From: Myxococcota bacterium
GTDB taxonomy: Bacteria > Myxococcota_A > UBA796 > UBA2385
Direction of reading: 5' to 3'
Assembly: GCA_044344255.1 (NCBI GenBank)
Contig: JBIJDH010000055.1
Coordinates: forward strand, 1-13,313
DNA: 13,313 nucleotides
How positions within the stretch are numbered: the stretch's first letter is position 1; each line of letters begins with the position of its first letter. Position numbers and translations under genes: made by a program. The notes under the pieces are model-generated. The model worked only from the letters and a program-made list of their open reading frames with translations. It was not told where the DNA came from and ran no database searches. Below are positions 1 to 7,361 of the stretch, one piece after another.

Positions 1-500
1 GGCGACACCTTCGGCAGCACCGCCCTCTCCGCCTGTGACCAGCCCGCCGGCAGCGTGACCGTCGCCGGCGACTGTAACGACAGCGACGCCGCCATCCACC
101 CCGCCGCCATTGAGCTCTGTGACGCCGCCAACGTCGATGAGGACTGTGACGCCACCGCCGACGACGCCGACAGCAGCGCCACCGGACAGAGCACCTGGTA
201 CACCGACAGCGACGGCGACACCTTCGGCAGCACCGCCCTCTCGGCTTGCGACCAGCCCGCCGGCAGCGTGACCGTCGCCGGGGACTGTAACGACAGCGAC
301 GCCGCCATCAACCCCGCCGCCATCGAGCTCTGTGACGCCGCCAACGTCGATGAGGACTGCGACGCCACCGCCGATGACGCCGACTCCAGCGCCACCGGAC
401 AGAGCACCTGGTACACCGACAGCGACGGCGACACCTTCGGCAGCGCCGCCCTCTCTGCTTGCGACCAGCCCGCCGGCAGCGCGACGGTCGCGGGGGACTG
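1..500 (+). repeat. 213-bp (71-aa) intragenic tandem repeat, about 2.3 copies visible
   Basis: GGCGACACCTTCGGCAGC recurs at 1, 214 and 427. Units 1 and 2 are near-identical at DNA level, differing mostly at synonymous sites. The third unit diverges after ~500. Confidence 0.95.
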
Positions 501-2292
501 CGACGACGCGGTCTCCGGCACCCACCCCGGCGGCGTGGAGGTGGCCTACAACGGGGCCGACGACGACTGCTCCACGACGACCCCCGACGATGACATCGAC
601 GGCGACGGCTTCAACCTCGTGGACGACTGCGATGACGAGGCCGGAGACGTGAGCCCCGCCGAAGACGAGCTCTGCGACGGCATCGACAACGACTGCGACA
701 CGCTGGTCGACGACGAGACGGCCCTAGACGTCGCCACCTGGTTCGCCGACGGCGACGGGGACGGCTTCGGCGATTTCACGCTCGCCGTGTTCGCCTGCGA
801 AGCGCCGGTCGACTTCGTGGCCGACTGGACGGACTGTGACGACAGCGACTCCGCCACGCACCCCGACGCGGTGGAGCTCTGCGACGCGCTCGACCAGGAC
901 TGCGACACCGTCATCGATGAAGGCGCGCCCGACACGGACATCGACGGCACCTGCGACACGCTCGACACCTGCCCGGGCTTCGACGATCTCATGGACGCCG
1001 ACCTCGACCTCGTCCCCGACGGCTGCGACGCCTGCGAGGGTGACGACTCCACCGGCGACGCGGACGGCGACGCGATCTGTGACAGCGATGACCTGTGCAG
1101 CGGCGACGACGCCGCGGGCGACGTGGACCAGGACGGGACCTGCGCCGACGCCGATCTCTGCGACACCGACGAGACCAAGCTCGAGCCCGGCGCCTGCGGC
1201 TGTGGTGTCCCCGATGATGACCTGAACCTGGACGGTCTCACGGACTGCCTCGTCGAGTCGATCACCATCGAGGGCCGTCGGAGCCACGTCTACTTCGAGA
1301 ATGGCCAGGCGAAGTGGGCCAGCTTCTACGGCAAGATGGAGCTCAACGGCGGGCTGCTGGCCCCCGACCTCCGGGACGGAGCGGTGGGGATCGGCGGCAT
1401 CGGCGTCTCGATCCAGGGGGTCAACGCGTACAGCCGAGACGACGTCGCCTACACCGTCACGGACGGCGCTGAGGCGGCAGACAACGACGAGAAGTGGAGC
1501 TGGAAGATCAGCAACACCGAGCGCGCCACGCTCCGCTGGAAGAACAGCGAGAAGTACATGTCGACGCGAGATCCGGCCTTCCCCAGCGTCAACACGACCG
1601 GTAATGTCGGTCGCCTCGTGAGCCGCTTCATCCACGCGGACGAGACGATGCTGCGGTACCGCTGGAACAACAAGACCACCCTGCCGATGAGCCTCGTGAT
1701 CGACGGCGTGCCCTTGCTCACCGTGGAGCGGGACCCGACGGACATCTGCGAGGAGAGCGCCGACGGGGAGAGCCCGGCTGTGGCCTGCTTCGATGGATAC
1801 AAGGTGACCTCGACCTACTCGCTCTTCGAAGTCTATCGGGATGAGGAGGAGGTCAATCGGGTGATCGACGTGGCCTTCACCGGAGACCGCCTCGGCGACG
1901 GCAACATCATCGCCTGGTACGCCGATGGCGACGTGACAGACGGGCTCACGGGCCTCGCCTACAGCCAGGTGGCCATCGACGACGGGACCAACACCAGCGT
2001 CTGGTACAACGCGGGCGGTCGATTCGACATCACCGTGCCCCTCAGCGGCGCTCAGCCCACGGTCCCCTCGGGCACCTGCCCGACGGCCGCGCTGAGCCTC
2101 CAGATGGGCGACGCCTCCACGGTCGCCGTGGCGGAGGGTGAGGCCGACTTCTACGGATACGCCGTCGAGAACGGTCAGCAGACCCACCGGAAGCGGGGCG
2201 TCACCACGGTCACCAAGACCTGGACCCACTGGCGGGCCAACGAGGTGAGCGAGGACTGCGAGCTCGACGACGACACCTGCGGCGAAGACTGA
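1..2292 (+). CDS. Large Asp/Cys-rich surface protein, 5'-truncated by the window edge: MopE-like putative metal-binding repeats, then thrombospondin type-3-like Ca-binding repeats, then a ~345-aa C-terminal domain of unknown family
   Basis: Frame 1 is open from base 1 (GDTFGSTALSACDQPAG...), so the ORF-track start at 55 is not the true start. Repeated DCNDSDAAIHPAAIELCD...DEDCD and WYTDSDGDTFG motifs are typical of Cu-binding_MopE-like repeats. DxDxDGxCDxxDxC units and PGACGCGVPDDD lie at ~931-1248. Stop TGA at 2290-2292. Confidence 0.85.
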   Translation, partial: GDTFGSTALSACDQPAGSVTVAGDCNDSDAAIHPAAIELCDAANVDEDCDATADDADSSATGQSTWYTDSDGDTFGSTALSACDQPAGSVTVAGDCNDSDAAINPAAIELCDAANVDEDCDATADDADSSATGQSTWYTDSDGDTFGSAALSACDQPAGSATVAGDCDDAVSGTHPGGVEVAYNGADDDCSTTTPDDDIDGDGFNLVDDCDDEAGDVSPAEDELCDGIDNDCDTLVDDETALDVATWFADGDGDGFGDFTLAVFACEAPVDFVADWTDCDDSDSATHPDAVELCDALDQDCDTVIDEGAPDTDIDGTCDTLDTCPGFDDLMDADLDLVPDGCDACEGDDSTGDADGDAICDSDDLCSGDDAAGDVDQDGTCADADLCDTDETKLEPGACGCGVPDDDLNLDGLTDCLVESITIEGRRSHVYFENGQAKWASFYGKMELNGGLLAPDLRDGAVGIGGIGVSIQGVNAYSRDDVAYTVTDGAEAADNDEKWSWKISNTERATLRWKNSEKYMSTRDPAFPSVNTTGNVGRLVSRFIHADETMLRYRWNNKTTLPMSLVIDGVPLLTVERDPTDICEESADGESPAVACFDGYKVTSTYSLFEVYRDEEEVNRVIDVAFTGDRLGDGNIIAWYADGDVTDGLTGLAYSQVAIDDGTNTSVWYNAGGRFDITVPLSGAQPTVPSGTCPTAALSLQMGDASTVAVAEGEADFYGYAVENGQQTHRKRGVTTVTKTWTHWRANEVSEDCELDDDTCGED

Positions 2293-2300
2293 GCGCCGGC

Positions 2301-2360
2301 GCGCCGGTCGCGACTGGCGCGGCCCTCCCCTCCGCCCACTGCGGGGGGTCGGGCCGCGCC
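2301..2360 (+). terminator. GC-rich intergenic hairpin(s) after the surface-protein stop; possible terminator or mRNA-stabilising element (no U-tract)
   Basis: GGCGCGGCCC (2316-2325) and GGGCCGCGCC (2351-2360) are a perfect inverted repeat, extended inward by CCCTCCGC/GCGGGGGG. It overlaps a near-perfect 20-bp palindrome GCGCCGGTCG-CGACTGGCGC (2301-2320). Confidence 0.45.
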
Positions 2361-2420
2361 CCTCGCCCGGATCACAGGACCCGCTGACTCCCCGCTCTAT
2401 CCTCGCTTCGGAGCCCCCCG

Positions 2421-3227
2421 ATGTCCCGCCTTCGCAAAGCCACCTTCCTCGGCCTCGGCACCCTCAGCCTCGCCACCCTCGGCCTCGGCCTCGCCGCCCT
2501 CCTCCAGTCCTCAGCGCCCAGCGGGCCGGTGGAGGGCCCGGGAGGCGCGCTGCGGACCGAGGAAGGTCGGCCCCTGTCCACCGAAGGCGGCGCCCGACCG
2601 GACGACGACCTCACCGCCGAGGTCTCCACCTGGCGCGCGCTCTACGCCCCCCGCTCGTGGCTCGACGAGGCCGGCACCCAGGCCCTGAAGGCCGAACGGC
2701 AGGCCCGGGCGGAGGCGATCGCCACCTCCATCGGCGCGGGCGGCCCGGACATCGTCGCCAGCGTCCGGGAGCGCTGGGAGGCCGCCGATGCCCGCGAGCG
2801 GCTGCTGCTCATCGACGGACTGGGCCGCAACCCCTCTCCGGAGGCGGTGACCGCCCTCGGCGCCCTCTACGAGGAGGCGGAGCTCTTCCGGCTGAAGGAG
2901 GAGGTGCTCCACGCGCTCGGCGCCTCCGAGGGCCCCGGACACGAGACCCTGCTGGTGGCGGTCATGGAGGGCGAAGACGAGCGGCTCGCCCAGGTCGCGA
3001 CCATGGCGCTCTATGGCGAGGAGGCCGCGGCAGAGGCCCTCACGGCGGTAATCTACTCAGAGGCCGCGATGAACGTGCGCCTGGAGGCGCTGCACAGCCT
3101 CAGCGGCGTCGAAGGAGAGGCGGCTGGAGCCGCCCTCGCGGCCGCCGCCACCAGCGAGGCGCTGGAGCCGCGCGTCCGCGTGTATGCCGAGCATGAGCTC
3201 GCGCGACGCGGGACCGCAGGGGGCTGA
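2421..3227 (+). CDS. HEAT-repeat domain protein with an N-terminal signal/membrane anchor
   Basis: GGAG precedes ATG 2421. The N-terminus is basic then hydrophobic (MSRLRKATFLGLGTLSLATLGLGLAALL). HEAT_2-like helical units follow (RLLLIDGLGRNPSPEAVTAL; KEEVLHALG; VRLEALHSLSG; VRVYAEHEL). Confidence 0.75.
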   Translation: MSRLRKATFLGLGTLSLATLGLGLAALLQSSAPSGPVEGPGGALRTEEGRPLSTEGGARPDDDLTAEVSTWRALYAPRSWLDEAGTQALKAERQARAEAIATSIGAGGPDIVASVRERWEAADARERLLLIDGLGRNPSPEAVTALGALYEEAELFRLKEEVLHALGASEGPGHETLLVAVMEGEDERLAQVATMALYGEEAAAEALTAVIYSEAAMNVRLEALHSLSGVEGEAAGAALAAAATSEALEPRVRVYAEHELARRGTAGG

Positions 3228-3280
3228 GGGGCGCAGGGGGCCGAGGGGCGCAGGGGGCCGAGGGCTTCAGGGGACTGAGG
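3215..3280 (+). repeat. 17-bp G-rich tandem repeat CGCAGGGGGC(T/C)GAGGGG, three copies plus one degenerate copy
   Basis: Units at 3215, 3232, 3249 and a degenerate unit at 3266. The first unit contains the HEAT gene's TGA stop. Confidence 0.85.
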
Positions 3281-3445
3281 CGTTCTGCGCCGCTGCGCCA
3301 ACCGCTCCCCCGGTCACCGCGCCAACAGGAACCCAATCGGGACGAGCGCACCCAGCCCCACCAGCCACTTGCCGCGCCCGGACAGGCCGGTCTTTCCGCG
3401 CAGCATGAAAGCGCCCCCGACCGACAGATACAGGAGCACCAGCGC

Positions 3446-3526
3446 CTAGAGGTCGGCCACGACGGTCCAGGCGCCCTTGTGCCGGTTGAGGTAGAGGGAG
3501 TTGGCGTCGAGGTCAGCCACGTGAAG
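3446..3526 (-). pseudogene. Orphan 3' coding fragment or micro-ORF (LHVADLDANSLYLNRHKGAWTVVADL*)
   Basis: 23 of 24 codons from GTG to the stop end in G/C and the peptide reads as protein-like. No plausible upstream gene body exists in this frame. Confidence 0.4.
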
Positions 3527-3560
3527 CCGGCCCCCGTCCGGGCCTGTCCCGGCCCTCCTG

Positions 3561-4050
3561 TCAGCTCGCGTCGCGGATGACCGCGCCGCTCCCTTCGAGC
3601 TTGATGCTAAAGGTGGGGAGCGGGAGGGAGTTGTCGACCGGCAGGCCCTGCTCCTCGGCCTCGTGATCGCGCATCGCCTGCGCGTCCTCGGGGGAGAGGG
3701 CGACCTTACGCAGAGTGCCCTCGGCCACGGCGTGGCGGCCCTTGGCCTCGAGGGGGATGGTGAACTCGCCATCCTGCACCTTGAAGCCGAGGGTCTCGAA
3801 GGGCCGGTCGCTGGCGATGCTCATCCAGCAGCCGCGCATCGCGCACACCTCGGTGACCGTGCCCTCGACCCGCACGCGCTGGCCGTCATACTGGTCAGCC
3901 TCGGTGAGCAGCTCCGAGATCGACGTGCTCTCCGCGAGCGTGACCCCGCGCCGTACACATCTCCCGGGAGCGCCGGACCGCCCGAGGCCGGTGAGGCGGG
4001 CGCGGCCGGGGGGACCTCCGCGGTCGGGTTGGCAGGGGCGCGACCGCACG
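3561..4050 (-). pseudogene. DUF4920-family OB-fold-like protein, frameshifted and lacking its signal peptide (pseudogene or sequencing indel)
   Basis: The C-terminal part VTLAESTSISELL...VRVEGTVTEVCAMRGCWM...FKVQDGEFTIP...AVAEG...GSGAVI matches the DUF4920 pattern (VCxxxGCW). The upstream linker CGRAPANPTAEVPPAAPASPASGGPALPGDVYGAG is in a different frame. One extra G in the G4 run (CCCC at 3944-3947 on +) would join them as YGAGVTL. Confidence 0.7.
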
Positions 4051-4123
4051 TTGGACAGCACGGCGGTGCCCTCCGACGCCGGGCCGGCTCGAGCTCGAGC
4101 CATCCAGCACTGGCCCCACCCCG

Positions 4124-4217
4124 TGGCTCAGAACGGGACATCGGCTGGCCGCTGAAGAGCCAGGGTCCGCCGCCTGACTCTGGCAGAGTGGCCACGAACC
4201 GCCCTCCTGGAGCGCAG
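4124..4217 (+). promoter_or_regulatory. Duplicated leader, copy A: tandem 17-bp dyads (putative LysR RBS/ABS), putative extended -10 TGgCAGAGT, and GGAG ribosome-binding site
   Basis: TGGC-N9-GACA (4124-4140), (C)TGGC-N9-GCCA(G) (4145-4163), palindrome ACTCTG-G-CAGAGT (4177-4189), GGAG at 4209-4212. Near-identical to 8291-8383. Confidence 0.7.
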
Positions 4218-6014
4218 ATGATTTCAAGTGGGACCCCTCTCTGGTCTCGATTCAAGGTCCGTCCTACGGCGGGCGGTCGCGCGGCGGCCGCTGCGCCGCT
4301 CCTCTTTGCCCTCGCCTGCGCGCACGGGTCGTCGCAGCCGGCTCCCGACCCCGCCCGACAGGCCCTCGCGGGGCTCAAGGAGCGCCAGGGCGTGGTCTCC
4401 GCCAATGACCCGTGGGGAGACGGGGCGACAAAGCTCGTCTACCTCGATCAGGGTTGGGGAGTGCCAGAGACGCTCTGGTACTACTATGCCGACCAGGGCT
4501 CGACCCTGATGCCCACCACCCTGCTCACCCACCTCGAGCAGCCCGACAATCAGCGGCTGATCATCGAGCCCGAGAACCTCGCGCGCTACCGGTTCCTCAA
4601 CCAGCGCCCCACGCCCAACAACCCGGACGCGCTGCCCGTCGGCCTCGCCCGTCACGGTGACGAGGTGGGCCTCACCTGCGCCGCCTGTCACACCGGCCAG
4701 CTCACCTACAAGGGCACCGCCGTGCGAGTGGACGGCGCTCCCGCCCTCGTCGACATCATCGGCTTCTTCGAGCAGCTCCGCGCCTCGCTCCGCGCCACCC
4801 TGGCCGACGAGGCCAAGCTCGCGCGCTTCGTGGCCGCCACCGGCGGTCGGGACGCCGACCCCGCCGATCCGGCCCGCCGCGAAGCGGCCACCAAGATGAT
4901 CGCGGACTCCCTCGCCTGGTTCGACGCCTACCTGACCGCCAACCACTCCACGACCACCGAGGGGTACGGCCGGCTCGACGCCGTCGGGCGCATCATCAAC
5001 CAGGTGATCTCTTTCACGAGCGACCGGAAGTACAGCCTCGAGCCGAACGCGCCCACCAGCTTCCCGCTCCTCTGGGACGCGCCGCGACACGACTACGTGC
5101 AGTGGACCGGGTTCGCGCCCAACGCCGAAGTGGGCTCCCTCGGCCGCAACGCCGGCGAGGTGATCGGCGTCTTCGGCAGGGTCGAGGTGAAACACTACGA
5201 GACCGCCGAAGAGGCCAAGAAGGGATACCCCTCCACCGTCGAAGCCCACTCTATCGTCTCGATGGAGGCGAGCCTGCACGACCTCGAGTCACCGCTCTGG
5301 CCCGAGGACGTGCTGCCGCCCATCGATCGCGCCAAGGCGGCGCGTGGCGCGGCGCTGTACCAGGCCAATTGCCTGAGCTGCCACGCGCTGCTCGATCGCG
5401 ACGACCCCCGGCGGAAGGTCGTCGCCATGGTCACCGCGGTCGATGTGGTCGGCACGGACGCTCAGAGCATCGACAACCTGCTCCAGGCCCGCGCGCCCAC
5501 CGGGATCCTCGAAGGCGCCATCTCGACCGATGACAAGACCAAGTACGGGGCCAATGAGTCGGCGCTGGTCCTGCTCAAAGACCTCACGGTGCGGGTGCTG
5601 TCCGCCCAGCCCACCGCGGTCGTGCGTACGCTGGCCTACGCGAAGCGGTTCGGGCTGGAGAACGCCGAGAAACAGGGCAACCATCACCGACCCACCGAGG
5701 CCGACCCCACCGCCGACCTGCGCTCCTACAAGGCGCGCCCCCTCAACGGGATCTGGGCCGCCTCCCCATACCTGCACAATGGATCCGTGCCGAATCTCTA
5801 CAGTCTGCTGCTGCCCCCCGCCGAACGACCGACCCGCTTCGCCGTTGGCCGGTGGGAGTACGACCCCGAGAAGGTCGGCTACGTGAGCGAGGGTGAGACC
5901 CCCTGGCTGCTCGACACGTCGCTGACCGGCAACCACAACGTCGGTCACAACTACGGCACGTCCCTGTCCGCCGAGGATCGGTTGGCGTTGGTCGAGTACC
6001 TGAAGACGCTCTGA
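4218..6014 (+). CDS. Di-heme cytochrome c lipoprotein of the RoxA/MauG/cytochrome c peroxidase superfamily (RoxA-like), 598 aa
   Basis: Two heme motifs: CAACH (4677-4691) and CLSCH (5370-5384). Also YKARPLNGIWAASPYLHNGSVP (RoxA/MauG-type motif), GYGRLDAVG, C-terminal GNHNVGH and LALVEYLKTL. The lipobox LALA-C follows a hydrophobic stretch. Start placed at ATG 4218 because of the GGAG RBS and the conserved leader. Confidence 0.88.
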   Translation: MISSGTPLWSRFKVRPTAGGRAAAAAPLLFALACAHGSSQPAPDPARQALAGLKERQGVVSANDPWGDGATKLVYLDQGWGVPETLWYYYADQGSTLMPTTLLTHLEQPDNQRLIIEPENLARYRFLNQRPTPNNPDALPVGLARHGDEVGLTCAACHTGQLTYKGTAVRVDGAPALVDIIGFFEQLRASLRATLADEAKLARFVAATGGRDADPADPARREAATKMIADSLAWFDAYLTANHSTTTEGYGRLDAVGRIINQVISFTSDRKYSLEPNAPTSFPLLWDAPRHDYVQWTGFAPNAEVGSLGRNAGEVIGVFGRVEVKHYETAEEAKKGYPSTVEAHSIVSMEASLHDLESPLWPEDVLPPIDRAKAARGAALYQANCLSCHALLDRDDPRRKVVAMVTAVDVVGTDAQSIDNLLQARAPTGILEGAISTDDKTKYGANESALVLLKDLTVRVLSAQPTAVVRTLAYAKRFGLENAEKQGNHHRPTEADPTADLRSYKARPLNGIWAASPYLHNGSVPNLYSLLLPPAERPTRFAVGRWEYDPEKVGYVSEGETPWLLDTSLTGNHNVGHNYGTSLSAEDRLALVEYLKTL

Positions 6015-6076
6015 TCTCTCGTGCTCCGGCGACCCGGCCCGAAGTCGAACCCCGCACCGAATCCAAGAGGCATCGC

Positions 6077-7306
6077 ATGACGCCTTCTGTCTCTCCGCCT
6101 TCTGTGCTTCTGTCTGCCCTGGTCCTGCTCGGGTCACTCTCTGCGCCGGTCGCCGCGAGCGATCACCTCGACGGGCCCGCCACCACCCAACACCGCGTGA
6201 CAGACCTCACCGATCTCTATGCCTTCCCCACGCCGGACAGGCCCGGATTCCTCACCATCATCCTCGACGCCTACCCGGCCGTCGCCCCGAACGGGCACTT
6301 CAGCGACAAGGTCGACTACACCATCCACCTGCGCCGCGCCGCCATCCGCTCCGGCGACCACAGCGGCTTTGACACCCAGGACGAGGTCGCCATTCACTGC
6401 AGCTTCGGGACGCCGGACGATGACGCGGCGCACACGGCCACCTGTCAGACCGAGGGGGGCCTCCGGGTGACGGTGGGGACAAACCAGGTCTCCCCGTCTC
6501 CCATTTCCCAAGGAGGCGCGGTGGCCCCCCTTCGCCTCTATGCGGGACATCGCTCCGACCCCTTCTTCTTCAACGCCGTGTTCGCCGCAGCTTATGCGCA
6601 GAAAGGGAGGCTCGTCGCCCCCCTCGACCAGGACCTCCTCCAGGGGCTCAACACCCTGTCCGTCGTCCTCGAGGTCAACGTGGGGGAGCTCTATCCCGGC
6701 GCTCCGCCCGCTCTCCTGGCCCTCGCCGCCGAGTCCACCACCCGGGACTCGGCGACCGGCCCGATTCGGCACCTCGACCGTATCGGTCGCCCGGAGATCA
6801 GCAACGTCACCCTCGTCGCCCATGGCGATGAGGCGGACGTGCGCGACGCGTACAACGCCGAGGCCCCCTTCGCGGTCTCGGCGGAGCACGCACAGGCCTA
6901 TCGCGAGCGCATCGACAAGAACATCGGCTTCTTCGACGCCATCGACCACCACACGGACTGGACCGACGCGCAGCGGCGCTCCCTGGCCGAGCTCCTGGTC
7001 GACGACTTCCTGATCGTCGATCTCAGCCGGCCTTGCGACGGGCCGGGCTTCTTCGAGATCGAGCGGAGCCTGCTCGCGCACCGGGAGCACCAGACCTGCG
7101 GGGGCCGCAAGCCCTCGGAGGACGTCATGGACGCCCTCTTCGGCCTGTACACCGGCGGCTTGGAGGGGCGGCCGACTCGAGACGGCGTGGATAGACCGAG
7201 CCGTGCGCTCCCCGGCACGTTCCCCTGGCTCGCCGAGCCCGACGTCTCCGATCCAGCCCGGATAAAGACCTTCATCACGAACAGCCTCCTCGAGCGGTCA
7301 GAGTGA
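6077..7306 (+). CDS. DUF4331 family secreted protein
   Basis: Sec signal peptide (VLLSALVLLGSLSAPVAA) followed by SDHLDGP...DLTDLYAFP, LYAGHRSDPFFF, DRIGRPEI, GGRKPSEDVMD and FPWLAEP, all DUF4331 hallmark motifs. GAGG RBS precedes the ATG. Confidence 0.85.
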   Translation: MTPSVSPPSVLLSALVLLGSLSAPVAASDHLDGPATTQHRVTDLTDLYAFPTPDRPGFLTIILDAYPAVAPNGHFSDKVDYTIHLRRAAIRSGDHSGFDTQDEVAIHCSFGTPDDDAAHTATCQTEGGLRVTVGTNQVSPSPISQGGAVAPLRLYAGHRSDPFFFNAVFAAAYAQKGRLVAPLDQDLLQGLNTLSVVLEVNVGELYPGAPPALLALAAESTTRDSATGPIRHLDRIGRPEISNVTLVAHGDEADVRDAYNAEAPFAVSAEHAQAYRERIDKNIGFFDAIDHHTDWTDAQRRSLAELLVDDFLIVDLSRPCDGPGFFEIERSLLAHREHQTCGGRKPSEDVMDALFGLYTGGLEGRPTRDGVDRPSRALPGTFPWLAEPDVSDPARIKTFITNSLLERSE

Positions 7307-7361
7307 GCCGGGCCTCCCCCCGTGCAAAGATGAGCCGGATCAGCCTTCGCGGAGTTGGACC

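Noticed and set aside
1661..1674. GCTGGAACAACAAG as a possible DGR template repeat
   Set aside because: Similarity to the candidate VR does not extend beyond ~11 nt, and it lies within the coding frame of the first gene (RWNNK).
724..2229. Long antisense and alternate-frame ORFs (e.g. 724-2229, 4224-5279, 6134-7090, 7275-8489, 10549-11547, 11835-12899)
   Set aside because: Shadow ORFs expected opposite GC3-rich genes; they carry no recognisable motifs.
4177..4200. Sigma-54 promoter or known riboswitch in the duplicated leader
   Set aside because: TGGCA is not followed by TTGC at -12 spacing, and I recognise no riboswitch consensus. The 1-nt-spaced palindrome and 22-bp dyad phasing fit DNA-binding sites better. 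An Rfam search would settle it.
3663..4217. 185-codon N-terminal extension of the cytochrome ORF (783 aa in the ORF track)
   Set aside because: It overlaps the DUF4920 gene antisense and the duplicated leader. The RBS and lipoprotein signal point to ATG 4218.
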